Of a stretch of DNA of 64,000 bases, positions 1-20,300 are shown piece by piece. The notes under the pieces were generated by a model that was not told the DNA's origin, made no database searches, and saw only the letters and a program-made list of their open reading frames with translations. How positions within the stretch are numbered: the stretch's first letter is position 1; the number at the start of each line of letters is the position of its first letter. The stretch is from Pelomyxa schiedti (lineage: Eukaryota > Protista > Evosea). The stretch spans positions 1 to 64,000 of the forward strand of contig JAHLWZ010000806.1 of the NCBI GenBank assembly GCA_020536535.1, in the 5' to 3' direction. A program made the position numbers and the translations under genes.

Positions 1-2273
1 GAAGAATCAACCTCAACTGACCTCTTATCTACATTACACAAGCTCCGCACAGCATCGCCGGCTGAGGCGATTGCTCTGCTAGAAGGGAGCCCAGAAGTGG
101 CTTCCCTTTTCGAAGTCGTCCCACCCCTTGCAACAGACATCCAAGATGCCATTGCGTGGGTGAAAACCACAATGAACATCAAAGTCCCAAGGAAAAAGTA
201 TGCACCTTTTCCGGAAATCCCAGCCAAAACTACCCTTTTTGCACAAATGCTGGACCCAGAAACTGGAACACTCACTAGCGACTCCAAAAGGAAGGATGAA
301 ATCACCCGCAACTTCTGGGCACCTCTCCTCGGCCCAATTTCGTCTGACCCAGAAGCCCGGCAGGAGTTACTGTCCAAGTATACCCGGAAACTTACCCCAA
401 TCCCAGACCTTACCCTGGACGATTTGGAAGGAGCGATTATGAGCTCAAAGTCCAAATCGGCCCCTGGCCCTGATGGCATAGGCTTTGCAGCTTGGAAAGC
501 CTTTCCTACACTGTCAGCTGCCATTCTATACGAGATGTTTGAATGGTTGTCAGAACACGAAGCCCCTGCTCACTTCAATGACTCGCTCTTCTTTGCTTTT
601 CCCAAGGTAGAGGGTACTACTTTGATTACAGAGTCGAGGCCAATCTCCCCACCAAACGCCGACAACCGCATCATTACCAAAGCCATAGCCCACACTCTCA
701 ACCCACTTATTGCCGATCTCTGCCACCCAAACCAGAATGGGTTTTTCGAGGGCAGACTTATTGACAATAATATCACATCAATATCCAACCTCTTTTATGG
801 AGCAAGGAGCAAAAGAATGCCTATTCAATTCCTCTTCACTGACTTCTCCAAGGCATATGATAATCTGGATAGGGATGCAATTATCCAGATTCTCCAGCAC
901 ATTGAGATGACACCCAAATGGGTAAATGTCATCCAACACCTCATGCAAACCACGGAGGCTTATCTCCCATCTGGTATTCACTTCCCACTGCGCAGAGGAG
1001 TCCGCCAAGGATGCCCCTTATCCCCCATCCTTTTCAACATCGTGATAGACACTTTGCTGAGGATGCTCCAAAGATCACCTATGAGCCCCAAGATATCTGC
1101 TTACGCAGACGACATTTGCACCCTCTGGGGAAACGCGGAAGACCTGGATAAGGCTTCCCCCCTTTTCAACTGCTACTGCAAGTCCACTGGTGCAGCTCTG
1201 AACATGAAAAAGACAGAGATACTGGCAGGCTACCCTCCAGTCCCTCACCCTGTGACCTCTAAAGCCTGGCCGGTACAGACGGTGACATCCTATAAGTACC
1301 TGGGAGTACTGATAGGACACCTCTCTAGCACAGAGAGAATCTCTCCCTCAATCACCAAAGCAATCAAAAGAGCCCAGGAGATCATTCCCAGAGTTATTGG
1401 TTTGCAAAGGAAAATCCTAGCAACCAACCTCTATGTCAACTCAATCCTCACCTACCAATGCCGCTTTGAGATCTATCCCCTCAAGACTGTGTGGAACCCA
1501 TATATGGGAAAGATCTACAGGCTGATCACCCCATCTCACTGCACCTCGCAAGAGCATTTGACAACGCTCACAGCAGATGGGGGCTTTGCCACCCCCCTCC
1601 TGGACATGGCTTGGTGGAATGTTGCCACCGCCGTGTCGGCCCTCAGGCATCCAAACCGCACAGACCCGAAGAAGGTCTTACCTACCTCCCCACTGCAGTT
1701 AATCCACACGTTCAATGAGAAGATTCCACCAACCCTCAGGAGCCCCACTGACATTTACAGGGCAATCCTGGATGAACGCCCAGGAAAATCCCTGCACCAC
1801 AAGCTTCGGACCACAATGATAGAGAAACCGACAGCGGCTCACTGAATCAACCTGGTCAAGAACCTCAACACCAAGGGAATCCCTCCAACCCTGCGGAATC
1901 ACGCTCTCCAAATTGCAACCGGCATGAAGCCCCTGAACAACCGCATGTCCCACATCCTCCACATTGCCTCAACATGCCGGCACGGCTGCAATTCCCCGGA
2001 ATCGGTCAAGCACATCCTCAACACATGTCGCCATAACGCCGCAATCCGCAAGGAACTCCGGTTAAACTCCCTGAAGACTTTGATGTAACTCCTAACACCC
2101 CGAACTCCGCTAAATCCGCCGCTAGGAATCTGGTAGGTTTATACAACTACCATGTGTCAACTCTGCCCCAAAACTTGGCCCTGCTCGAGCTAAGGAGGAA
2201 CGTTGGTCTTCCAACTCAATCGAAGATTGACTCGGAAGCTGTGATCCCTCCCAATCACATTTACCCTCCATAA
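1..2273 (+). mobile_element. Non-LTR (L1/Tx1-like) retrotransposon ORF2: RT plus C-terminal CCHC knuckle; disabled copy, 5' part outside window
   Basis: Frame is open from base 1. RT motifs: SAPGPDGI, RPIS...DNRI, NQNGF..GR, DFSKAYD, GVRQGCPLSP, YADD, YKYLGV. TGA at 1843-1845 is followed in frame by CRHGC-x7-H-x4-C, then TAA at 2086. A probable frameshifted tail runs to 2273. No introns. Confidence 0.93.
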
Positions 2274-2684
2274 ACACCGCGGAGAGACCCGGACCATCAC
2301 ACAACCGCCTTTGATCAGTAACACACATAATGTAGCAGCCTCACCATAACCAGACAATCACCGCGTAGCAGTCAAACACACCGCACAAACAACCACGCCA
2401 CCCACGGTACACTAGAAGCCCCCCCGCTTCACTGTTTTTCAGTAATAACCTTAACACACGCCTTCCGTTTCTGTGGTCTTAACCCCCGCGACGGTAAGTC
2501 CAACGTTCGGAAAGTGAAAGAACCAGGTTCGATTTCTACCAAAAGCTTTTTTTTTTGGAACCACCGCCCAACCTGCACTATGTACAACCCCGAGTAAATA
2601 CCTCGTCTTATATAATTCCATAGCCTCGTCGAAACATAACAAAGAAGACAAATTCCAGCCGGCTAAATGTAATAATAGAAAATT

Positions 2685-3358
2685 ATTTTGGGACTCACAC
2701 CAAAAACATCAAAATCGGCGAAAAATGCGAGTTTCTCCATGCCCTGTGGAGGGAAAAATCTGGGTGCTGGGCTGCAACCTGGGCCAAAAAACAGCCGATG
2801 ATATCCCCCTGGTTTGGTTGCGTCTGTGTCTGCTGCAAGGGAGAAATGAATTTTTTACTTGAAAAAGACCCTGGACCCAGAAAAAAAAAGAAAAAAGGTT
2901 CCGGGTCTGGGTTTTTTTCTTGGAAAACCAGCTGGAAGTGGTGGAGGCTGCTTGGTTAATGAGGTTGTGGGGGAAGCACAACAGCTTAGTTTGATTGGCA
3001 ATAAGGTGTAGACTGGTGCCAGCTATGACATGTGGCATTTGATGTGGTATTTTGGGTCAAAAACAAGTGAGTGACCGCTCTTGGGTCACAGTCCACTTGT
3101 TCTTGTAAATACAACATTAGTTTTCACCAAGGAGATGTTTTTTCTTGATTCTTTGGGTGGTAGGGGACCTCGGCAACAACAAGTTTTTTTTTTTCTTTGT
3201 GCAAACAATGTCTTGGTGTTTGCTTGTTGAAATATAACAAAACCAACCTTGTTTCAACCAGCCAACCACAACACCACAACAGAGGTTTTCTAAGAAAAAA
3301 AACCGGACCCGGAACTTTTTTACCCGGACCCAGAAAAACCCTGTGTGAGTCCCAAAAT
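2685..3358. mobile_element. MITE-like non-autonomous element with 16-bp terminal inverted repeats
   Basis: ATTTTGGGACTCACAC (2685-2700) is the exact reverse complement of GTGTGAGTCCCAAAAT (3343-3358). There is an internal ~40-bp near-perfect inverted repeat (~2891-2929 vs ~3283-3321). No credible ORF and no clear TSD. Confidence 0.65.
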
Positions 3359-3670
3359 TGAAATCGAAAATAATGTTATCAGGTCCACTCACTGATTATT
3401 ACGTGGTTGAAACTCCACGACGCGTAGCGACAACAGAAGCACACAAAGTACCCGACACTGCCAAATGGAGACATATTCAGCCTGGGAAGATCAATGATGA
3501 TGATTGGGACATCCTTTTTTGTGCTCTTCTACCTCTTCGGAATGGTGATGGGAGCCTGCCACAATTGTCTCCAGCGTCTCTTCAAACCCGAGCTACCCCC
3601 ATCTCCCGGGTTCCCTGTTTCCATCTCGTACTTTTCGCGATCAAACCAAACATAAAAAAAAACCTCGAGG

Positions 3671-4482
3671 ATGTCGGACGAGGAGACGACTACGACGAGT
3701 ACCACCACGACCACTGCGACTAGCGCCAAAGCAAAAAAGAAGATGGATAAGAAGAAAAAACGGGAGGAAGAGCGCGAGGTACTTTTGTCCCCCCCCCCCT
3801 TTTTTTGGTTTGGTGGAAAAAAAACATAATACGTAGTAACATCAACATTACCTATGTTTTTCTTTCAATACTGGTTCTTTATAAAGTCATTTATTTTTTT
3901 TCCTCCTGCCCCTTCTGCTGTTTGTTTTGCTTTAACACGTAGGTTACTGTGATAGGAAGATGAATTTGCTGCGTATGAAGCCAAGAAAAAAGCTGAGCGG
4001 GAAGCAAAAGAACGAGCTACCAAAGCTTCTATGAGAGAGAGGACTACTGCTCACAAGCCCGCCGAGCCTGCCACAAAAACCAAGGTATATCTGCTGCCAC
4101 AAATTTAGAAACTGAATTGTGCTTGAGACGCACAATTTATTCAAATACATACACATACACATACACATTGTCATACACTCACCACTAGCCAGAAAAAGTC
4201 CAAGCCGGCACAGCCTAGTACAGCATTCAAGTATTTCTGTGCTGATCACCCAGGTGTTAGTAGAGATGATTGTGTTGAAATGTGGAAAACCCTTCCCCCA
4301 CCTCAAAAGACTGTGAGTTCACTTTGACTTGGATTCCCTTTTATCCTCACCTCCAAACTAAGGTCTACAAGGACAAGGCCACCAAGGACCAGGCCCGTTA
4401 TGATGCAGAAATGGCAGAATGGGAAGAAGCACAAAAAGAAGCACCCCCTTCTGGTGGCAAAAAGGAAAAACGGAGAATGTGA
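3671..4482 (+). CDS. HMG-box protein (multi-exon)
   Basis: Spliced reading gives MSDEETTT...KPAQPSTAFKYFCADHPGVSRDDCVEMWKTLPPPQKT/VYKDKATKDQARYDAEMAEW, an HMG-box pattern; GT-AG introns. Confidence 0.8.
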
Positions 4483-4537
4483 GTCTAACTGGCTTCTACA
4501 ATTTACCAAGGGAATTAAGAAAAGTGTGAACCTTATT

Positions 4538-7027
<2,490 letters not shown>

Positions 7028-7278
7028 TGTACCTCTTCGCTTTCGTTGTGTTTTTTCGGAAGTTTTCCTTCCTCAGGGGTCGTTTCTCTCAAGACTGGAA
7101 TCTGGAAGAATGGGTGGGACCATGGGAATCCCAGTCCGGGGTACATTCTAACGGGAGAGGAGAGTTGTCAATCGAAGAGAAATTTTCTCTGAGGAAAGTT
7201 CTATCCGGAAGCTAACCTAATTGCATTTTCTCTGTTCATTTTTTTCAAAAAAAACTAAAAAGGAGGAGATACGCCGGA

Positions 7279-11532
<4,254 letters not shown>

Positions 11533-11772
11533 TAACCTTCAAACAACCAAATAAACCACTTCGAGACGAAGGTTCAAGAAACTTCCCTTTTATCAACCAC
11601 CACCTCAAACGTGCGTTCGTCCTTCTTGGTTTTACAAAATGCATTTCGCGGATTTCGTCTTTTTTTGGCTATTACTTTCAAAGCGGGTCTAGAAGGGCAC
11701 CCGGTAGGTAAAACAAAAAAAAAAGGTCAAGAGATCTCGTATTGCCGTGGGTCGTTTGCTAACTGAAAGCGT

Positions 11773-14700
11773 ATGAGCGACAACAACGTGGTAGTACTGT
11801 CGGAAACATCGTCGTCCAGCTCCACGACCTCGGGGTCCACGACCGAGACAGTCAAGACAACGACGCGCGTGACGCGGGCGGCGCTCAAGCCCGAGACGGC
11901 GACGCTGGTGGCGTCGTTGATCGGGGACCAGGCCGAGGGCGCCGACGAGGAGTACGACGACGGCGACGACCTCCTCGAGGCGCTCGAGTTCGACGGCGAG
12001 GTGGAGGAGATAGCGCCGCAGGTCGTGGAGCCCGCCGCCGCCCGCTCGCCCGGGGCGTCGCCCGTGTTCGCGCCGTCGCCCTCGCCAAAGAGGGAGCGGA
12101 TGCCCTCCCCGGGGGGCGGGGGCGGGCGCGGGAGGGCGCCGCTGAGCAGGCTCAAGAGCGTGGTGGGGCAGATGATGACGGCTGGGGGGGAGCCCGGGGG
12201 CCTGGCGAGGAGGAGCAGCAGCGGGAGGCTGGAGGGCCCGGAGGAGCGGGCCCTCAAGGCCAAGAAGTTCCTGCTGCAGAAGAAGGGCGTCGGGAAGTGG
12301 GTTTCTGAGGCCACTGGGAGCCAGGCTTCCGAGGCAACGTTGGACAGTGACTTGGCTGATGGGGTGTGTGTGGTATTTGTAGTAGTAGCTGTTGTTGCTG
12401 CCATGTTTTCATGCTGCTTTCATCACTGAAAGCCTGTTTTGTGTTTGGGGTTTGGTCCCTGGCAACGTGTCCAACTGCCTTTTACAACAGAGAGCACTGT
12501 GCAATCTGGCCAACAAAATAAAAGAAAATTCTGTTTCACACATAAGACCTGCTGATGATGCTGTTAATACCATTTTTGATTCACTGCACAATGCGCAAGC
12601 TTTCCTAAATGCATGCCAAGCATTTGGTTAGTACCTACTAGTCTAAACTTTTGTCGCTGTTGCACCATCACTGATTTTACAAGGTCTCGCACCCTCTGAC
12701 CTTTTCTTACCTTGTGACCTAATTTCCCGCAAAAACTTACCTCGTGTTGTTGGGTGCCTGGCCAAACTGGGCCATATTGTCTCCCAAAATCATTTCACTC
12801 CTGAGTATACTGATGCTGATGAGTCTTCTCTTACTCCTGAAGAAATTCAGCAGGCAGAAAAGCTCACTTTTGCAACTGCGGTAATTCTAATTCAAACCAT
12901 CAATATGACACTTATGTTCAGTTATAGCCTTTATCATGTGGACATGATGAAGCAGAGATTATTGAGGTTCTTTCATTCATCTCACACTGCTGATTAAATG
13001 TGCCACAGAGCTTAGTGCTCAGTTTTGACTTGATGAAAGGGAAACTGAAGGAAGCTGAAGTATGTCCTCTGTGTTCCGTCTGTTGCGTTTACTTCTACTG
13101 TTAGGCGGAGAGAAACCAATTGCAAATCCAACACAATGCTGAAATAGCACAGTTGAAGTCTTCATTTGAGTCTGACAAGGATAGACTTGCAAAACAAAAT
13201 GAAGAGTACAAAGAAAAACAGGAAGTACTGAGATCTCAGCTTGACACGGCTGAGAAAGAATTAGCAAAACTGAAAAGTGAGACCGCTTCTCATGTTTGTG
13301 TCAGTGACACTGCAACTGAGGACAAGAAACACATTGATGACCTGCTGGAGAAGTCCCGTGGACTAGGGGAGAGACTTTCAACCAAGTGCCAAGAACTGGA
13401 TGCAGCTGAAAAAAAACTGGCCCAACAAAAACTCGAGACTGTACAGTCGGAGAATGATATGAGAAGCAAACTGGAAGGACAAGGTCGACAGCTGGAATCT
13501 GCCACAAATGAGCTTGAAGAACTCAAAAAGCGTGCACTGACACGGGAGAATTCGTTACAAGAACAGCTCAACACCAAGTCTAAAGAACTTGATGCTCTCA
13601 TAAAACAGATGGAAAATCAAAAAGAGCAAGCAGAGAAGTCTGCCCATGGTCTTCAAACTCAAATAACTGCACTCTCTCACACAGCAGAGCAAGAGCTCCA
13701 ACAAGTAAGACAAGAACTGCAACAAAGGAATGAATCACTTGCTGATCATCAGGCCGCTGTGCAGACACTGGAAAGAAAAACGCGGGAACTTGATCAACAG
13801 AGTGAAGCCGGGTTAAGAGAACTGACTAAAAAACTGCAAGATGCCCTGCGCGAGCTGGCTGCCCGTGATTCAGCAGTCAAAGACTTGAGAAATGAAAAAA
13901 CAAATGTTGAGAGTGAATTGACTAAACTGCGTACACTCTACAACAACGTCATCCATGAGAAGGAGACTTCTGACAAAGCGGCACTACAGCAACGCGAATT
14001 AGCTGACAGCACTGTAGTAACTCTAAAGCAACAATGTGAGAAAGAATTGGCACAAAAAAAGAAGGAATTTGAGAAGGAGATGCTGCGTGAGAAGGAGACC
14101 TTCAAAAAAGAGATTGAAAAACATAGAGAGGTTGCTTCACAGAGAGACCATGCCCTGCAACAGCGTGAGCAACACTTAAAGTCTGTGGAGTCCAAGGCTG
14201 AATTGGGTCAGAGGGATGCTGAGAACCAGAAGAAAGCACTTCTAGCGAAGCAGCGTGAACTTCAAGACAAACTGCAACATGCATCACATGCAAATGAGCA
14301 GCTTACCAAACAACATGAGGAATTGACTCAAAAGAACACCGCCCTAGCACGGCAAGTCCAAGAATTGCGAATGGACGCAACTAAAGTTTCTGTTGACAAA
14401 CAAAAAGCTGAATTGGCAAACCTATTAGATAAAGCACGGCAAGATTTAGAAAAAGAGAAAAAACAGGCAGCAAAACTACGGACAGACCTGGCAACATCGG
14501 CCACAACAATAACGCAACTCAGACAGGATACGGCCACCAAATCTACAACTTCCAGTAAGGTTTGCTATCGTTTTGTGTTGGCTCTTTTTAAACTTTTAAC
14601 AGGAAAATGCAACTCGTGAGAACCTTGACAACTACAAAAAGACAATGTTCGTTACTTCACAAAAATTTCTCTTGACTGTCTTGTAGTTTAGGTTTACAAA

Positions 14701-15976
14701 ACGATAATTCACGCCTGATTAAGGAGGTACAGGATGCTAAAGCCCAACTGCAGTATGTCACATAGTCTCAATTTTTGTGGTTTACATAGATGCCAAAAGA
14801 CAGGTTCGAACTCAAACAGATATCTGGAAGACAAAGTATAACACCTTAATGAGTGACAGAGAACAAGAGCAAGTATTTCACAAAATCCCTGGTTTTTTTC
14901 CCCTAAATGTTTGTAGATGTCACGCTCACTGACACCGAGGGAAGTAAGACCCAAGCTTGTCAGTACCACAACAGTTGATGGCACACCCCCTATATCATCA
15001 GTAGTATTCTAAATTACTTTCTACCTTTTCTGATGGTTTCCAATACTCACCCTTGAATATGTCTTCGTCGTAGAGAAAAGTACCAGCAGAAACAGCTCAC
15101 TTTTCTGCTCGTCTGGACTCCCAGTTGACAATCGAGACACATTGCTCCAATTGCATTCACCCAGCCTCCCCATTCGAGCCAACAACCCTTGAAAAATTGT
15201 GTGAACTCCATCTCACCACAAAAAAACACGATAGCACTTCCACAATCTTACTAATTTCGTGAAGCTACATGGCCAAGCTCAACAAATTGGGGGCATGCAT
15301 GGCGGATATGGAGGCTAAGAACCACCAACTTGAATTGGAGAACCAAGTATTCTACCGGTAAAAACCGCAAATGAAAGCAAGTGGTTTCTTAACTTGAATG
15401 CAGACAAATAAAGGCACGCGAGATGGCAGCACAAGAACCAACCCCACCCAAGCCAAACCAAGTCACTGAAAGTTCCCTCTATCGAAGGGTAAGAGCCGGG
15501 CCCCCTCACACACTTCCGCAAACGAAGCACTCATCACACCAATAGGTTGACATTCTCAGTTCACAACTGCAAAAGCTGTCCACACAACTCAAAGAATTCG
15601 AAGTTGAAAACTCCGCACTCAAGTCCAAGCTCGCGTCGCAGCAGCAAGAACTCAGCCGAATCACGCAAGTGAGGCACAGACCACTCAGCTACACAACTTC
15701 CATTTCATCATCATCCTCCACAATCCACACCTCCACAACAACTTCCCAACGCATCACTGCACCAGCCACCCAACACCAACAAACAAAAAAACCCCAGCCA
15801 TCCACCACCAGCACCAGCTAAATGTAAAGCCTTTATCATAAAAATAAATGCACACATATTTTTGAGCTTTAGACATGGAAGAAGTACAGTCTGCGAAGGG
15901 CCTGTTAGAATGGGCAAAAATTAGATGGGTTTTGCCTTGCCACCGTCCGTGGTGCCCTACAAGACTCAGCTTGTAA
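11773..15976 (+). CDS. Calponin-homology domain plus long coiled-coil protein (3' end approximate)
   Basis: LADG/..LCNLANKI...NAQAFLNACQAFG/LAPSDLFLPCDL...NLPRVVGCL is a CH domain. It is followed by ~500 aa of heptad coiled coil (13120-14619) and further exons. Confidence 0.75.
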
Positions 15977-16074
15977 GGGAGAAGGATCAAGTGGCAAAGC
16001 AGAACTGAAACTTTGGCTTTTCACAACCAGATACTTCTTCGTACCCCATTGTGGGTAGAACAAAATCCCGCTCA

Positions 16075-17202
16075 ATGTCGGCAACCACACCTTGTTCATG
16101 CACAAGCACAACAAGCAGTAGCTGCCCAGAGGACAGTGTTGTCGACAACCAGCAAGACCCCGACGCCGAACCAGCCATGGAAACCACCGACGTGCCCACA
16201 TCGTCCTCGTCCTCGGCGTCGGCGTCGGCGTTGGCGTCGTCGGGAGGGGAGGCCCTCGGGTGCGCGCCGGCGTCGAGCACCTCGTGGAGCGCGGCCGACA
16301 GCACCGAGTTTGCGGCGAGGCGCCTCGCCAACATCGCGCTTATGGGGTACACGCAGCAGCGCGAGACGATGTGGCCCAAGGGCGGGCGGGCGGTCGTGGC
16401 CCAGTACAACGACGAGGCCATCTTGGTGTACCAGGCCTACTGCCACTCCATCGCGGACTACGCTGTCAAAAACCAGAAGTTCGAGGGGTGCCCCGACTGG
16501 CAGTCGACAAGTCTGTGCTTCCCCCATATCCTAGCTCCCCGTCGTTGTTGTTGATTGTTTGTTTGATTGGTTGACTGTTGAAATTGGCAGGAATGACGTG
16601 GATCAAGCCAAATTTCCTGTGGATGATGTACAGGTCCAACTGGGCAAATAGGAAGGGGCAGGAAAGAATCCTAGGGGTTTGTGACACAACCTAAAAAACA
16701 CATTCCGAAGGAGCTTCCTAATTATGGCCGTACTAGATTTGGATGCGCCGAGATGCTTTCGAGCATATATTGAAGCTCACACTACACTCCAGCTATGACC
16801 CTGATGCCTATGATAACCCCAATGATTATCGCCGCAAGGCAGCTTCAGCTAAATCCAGTGGCCGGTACGTCAGGATCCAGTGGGATCCCGACCATCACCC
16901 TGATGGATCAAAGCTTGGATTGCGGTACATTCCCCCAACCACTGTTTCTTTCTCATTCCGCACTAACCAACCAAACATTCTGTACTGTATTGTATTGTAG
17001 GCGTGACATACAACTCGGACTGAAATCCCTGGATATGTTTGCAAACGGCACAGCATTCCTTGCAATTGTGGATGCCACTCCCATTGCAAAAGAACAGTAC
17101 CGCCACGTTCTATCCCGGGAGTATGACCAATTGCAAGTACCTCTGGAACGTGTGTACCCTGTACCAGGGGACATTGCTCGGCACCTTGGGATGTCCTTGT
17201 AA
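16075..17202 (+). CDS. DUF4291 family protein
   Basis: [57 protein letters not shown]; introns present. Confidence 0.88.
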
Positions 17203-17336
17203 TTGAGACACTAAGAAATTGGCTATACAATTACAAAACAAACAGAGGTTTTTTTTTTTTTTTGGCTAGAATATCAACAACAATACTTTATGCTGGCTAT
17301 AAATATCTATAGTAGGTAGTGTAGTACAGTACAACG

Positions 17337-20300
17337 CTAAGTGGACTCGGTCTTTGTAGTCCGCTGCAGCTGTGAATTCCAGAATTCCCAGTTGGAAGTC
17401 AGGTTTGAAACTAGCTCAGGAACCGGACAAAAATCGTGGAAAGCTTCTATTGCGGGTTTGGCAACCAACTGCAAAAAGTTCACCTGAAAAGGAAAAGTTA
17501 AGTTGAGAGGTTCAGATGAGAGGTTGTGCGGAGGTACCTGAGTTTGATACTTGGTGGTATCTGTTGCTTCCCGTCTATTCATGAAGAGAGGGGTGACAAT
17601 TCCGCGCTTTGTCTCTTCATCCCCTGTTCCCAATTAGAATTAATAATAAATTCAGGCAGTAAAACCTTGAAAGAAAAATTCCTCAGTTAATTTACTTGCC
17701 CACACTTGCATAGTCTCATTTGATCGAGTAACATTGCTGGGGAGATCAGAAAGGAGTGATAATGGGAGATGCGTACCTTATATCTGCAACTTTCATAAGC
17801 ATCTTCATAACAAGCAATTTGCCGTCGCCAGAGATCTTGCCATGCTGGCTGACAGTCTTAAACTCTGATACCACCTAAACAAAACTGTAAATACTTTCTT
17901 TCCACACCAAGAAAGCCATACTCTCCAATGTTGAGCCATGTCTGTTGCCAAAATGAGGGATATAATTAAATTCCTCAGAGTCTTTGTTTCAGTTGGATCC
18001 ATATCTGCAAGCAACCCACTCGCATTTAACAGCCCCATTCCAGTTTTGGCGTGGAAGTTTTCTAGTACACTCTGGTCGTTGTACTCGAAAGCTAAGTCTG
18101 TTTCAGCTTGTATTTGGAATGAGTTATTCAATCCCTAAGGTCAAGATCACCCAATATCATAGAGTGTAAGTAAAAAGCAATACCGGATGGCCAACGTCGT
18201 GTATAGTGGCAGCAATGAGTTGAGCCAATTTCTCGAGGTCACTGAACACAACTTTTTTGGTGGCTTCCTCCAATAGTACGTATGTAGCTTGAAGAACATC
18301 AGCGGCATGCCATACACTGTGGAATGGGACGTCTTGGTACATCGCCTCCACGGAGGCAAAAAATGACAGGAGTTCCTTTTGAGGTAGGCTCATAGAGAGA
18401 ACAAGAGGCTCAAAGAGTATTGACCCCATTACACAGAGAGGATGTGAAGTAGAAGAAGAAAACTGGAAAAGGGGGAAAGACCAGTTGTAGAGCCCAAGGG
18501 AAATGGCCATTTGCGAGTCGATTTCAGAGACGATTGGAGTGGGTGGTCGACTAGTGTGAGGTGTGTGATGAGAACCTGCGGTATGTACTCTATGTGGTGC
18601 TGGGGTGCTTGGAGCGCTTGCACCATAGCACGATGTTCGATCTGGCGTTGTATCTCCAGTCAGATTTTGACCAAGTTCTACTTGAAGCCACTCTTTCGTC
18701 TCTCGGTTGAACATACTTGTTGTTAAGGATGGTGCAAATAACTTGCCACTGTAGGAGAGCTGTTAGGATGAGCAGAAAAAAAAAATTTTAACGCACTTGT
18801 TTACATTACTCACAAGTTGTGCAACAACTCCTCTGAGTGTTTTTCTAACATTGGAGTCTCTAACTTGGTATTGTAGATTTTCCAGAGTCAATAGAACTTT
18901 TTCTAATCCGCTATTCAGGTCCACGTCTGAAGACAGTTCAGCATCATGAATTTTTAGTTGGGCATGAGCCACTCTGTTTGTCAGTCCCATCACTAAGCCA
19001 GTTAAGAACACTGTCAGAATGAGCAAGATGACAACTGAGAGTGTCACATTGAGTCGATTATGGTGTTTCAATGCATCAGTGAAGTCGTCAAATGGGATAG
19101 CAACAACTAGCTTCCAGTTTAGTTGGTACTCCTCAAACAGAGGAAAAAAGTTCACAAAGCAAGAGACGTGACGCCCATTGTCTTCCACTGCGCCCACAGA
19201 GAGTGGATAATCACAGGTCCCATTATTGGAATATGCAACATCACATTTACGTTCCACTGACTTGGTTACTGAAGCAATCAACAAGCTCTCACACTCAGAT
19301 GCTAATATAAGAGAGCCTGTATTGTTGTCAAGCAGGGGGGCGTCCTTGGAGGTAGCTAAAAGGTAGCCATCCACTTGAGTGAGGAACGCTTCCGCGTGCT
19401 TTGACACGTTCAATTCGTTGCGAAGATATGATGATATGTCGTTGAGTCGCATATCCTGAGTAAAGTTTGTCTGGTTAGACAGCAGACAAACTCATACCAC
19501 TCCAAAGACACTTGTGCATATCCCATCCACCAAATTTGGGACAAAGAAGGAGGCGATCATTTCGGGTCGTCCTTCAGAATCTACCTCGGTATAGGCTTCA
19601 TTATACCACAGGAAGTTGGTAGCTGCAGATGGAAACCATTCCAAGACATCATATGGCCCTACTAAAATTAGTGCAATTCACTTGTAGAATATCAAAACCT
19701 GTATCAGTATAGTTGTCAGGATAGGAAGGAGAACTACCATCAGATGTGACAGGCCACTCCAATTGATTGGATAAAGTTCCGTTACTATCAAGTAATCGTA
19801 CTTCCTGACGATCTTAAGTTGAAGGTGATTTGTTCTATAGTTCACCTGGAAGGCAAGACCATCCTCTGAAAAAGACACACAAGAAATTTCTCCAGTATTG
19901 CTGGCCCAGTACGCATACCGTACATGAGATTCTGGATCAAGCTTTTGTACAACTGATAAAATTCGTTCTTCCATTTGGAAGAACATTTCTGCAGAAAGTG
20001 GTGGGCTCAAGCCGCCATTTGTTCCATTTGGAAGAAAAGGTGCACAAGTGTCGGAAATCATGAATGCAACTGACATTCCAGTTGTGAAATAGCCATATCT
20101 GTAGCGCCACATAAATAATCGGGAGTCTATCAAGAGGTGACTTACGTCGTAGTTTGTGCAGAGGTGCCAAGTGAGTCCATTAAATGTGACAGCACCTCTC
20201 CAACGCCATTTACACCAGCCTTTGTAGCCAGTGCCACAGGTACACACACTTTTCAAATTTGTTATTTTAATCTAACAAACAGGAAAGAAAATAGGTTTTA

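Noticed and set aside
1843-1845. TGA=Trp alternative genetic code
   Set aside because: Host genes (DHX8, XPR1, HMG, YEATS) end in TGA and use TGG for Trp; in-frame TGAs were seen only in TE-derived sequence.
2470-2560. tRNA or Pol III gene (GGTTCGATT B-box-like motif followed by a T-run)
   Set aside because: The T-stem does not pair beyond 3 bp, and there is no acceptor stem or convincing A-box.
3466-3574. C/D snoRNA or SECIS-like hairpin (TGGAGACA/TGTCTCCA stem, ATGATGA)
   Set aside because: No terminal D box and the C-like box is misplaced; an 8-bp stem can arise by chance.
11727-12404. Long antisense or overlapping ORFs here and at 4659-5130, 8002-8427, 16013-16574 and 49283-50406
   Set aside because: Shadow ORFs of GC-rich or low-complexity coding sequence, with no recognisable domains.
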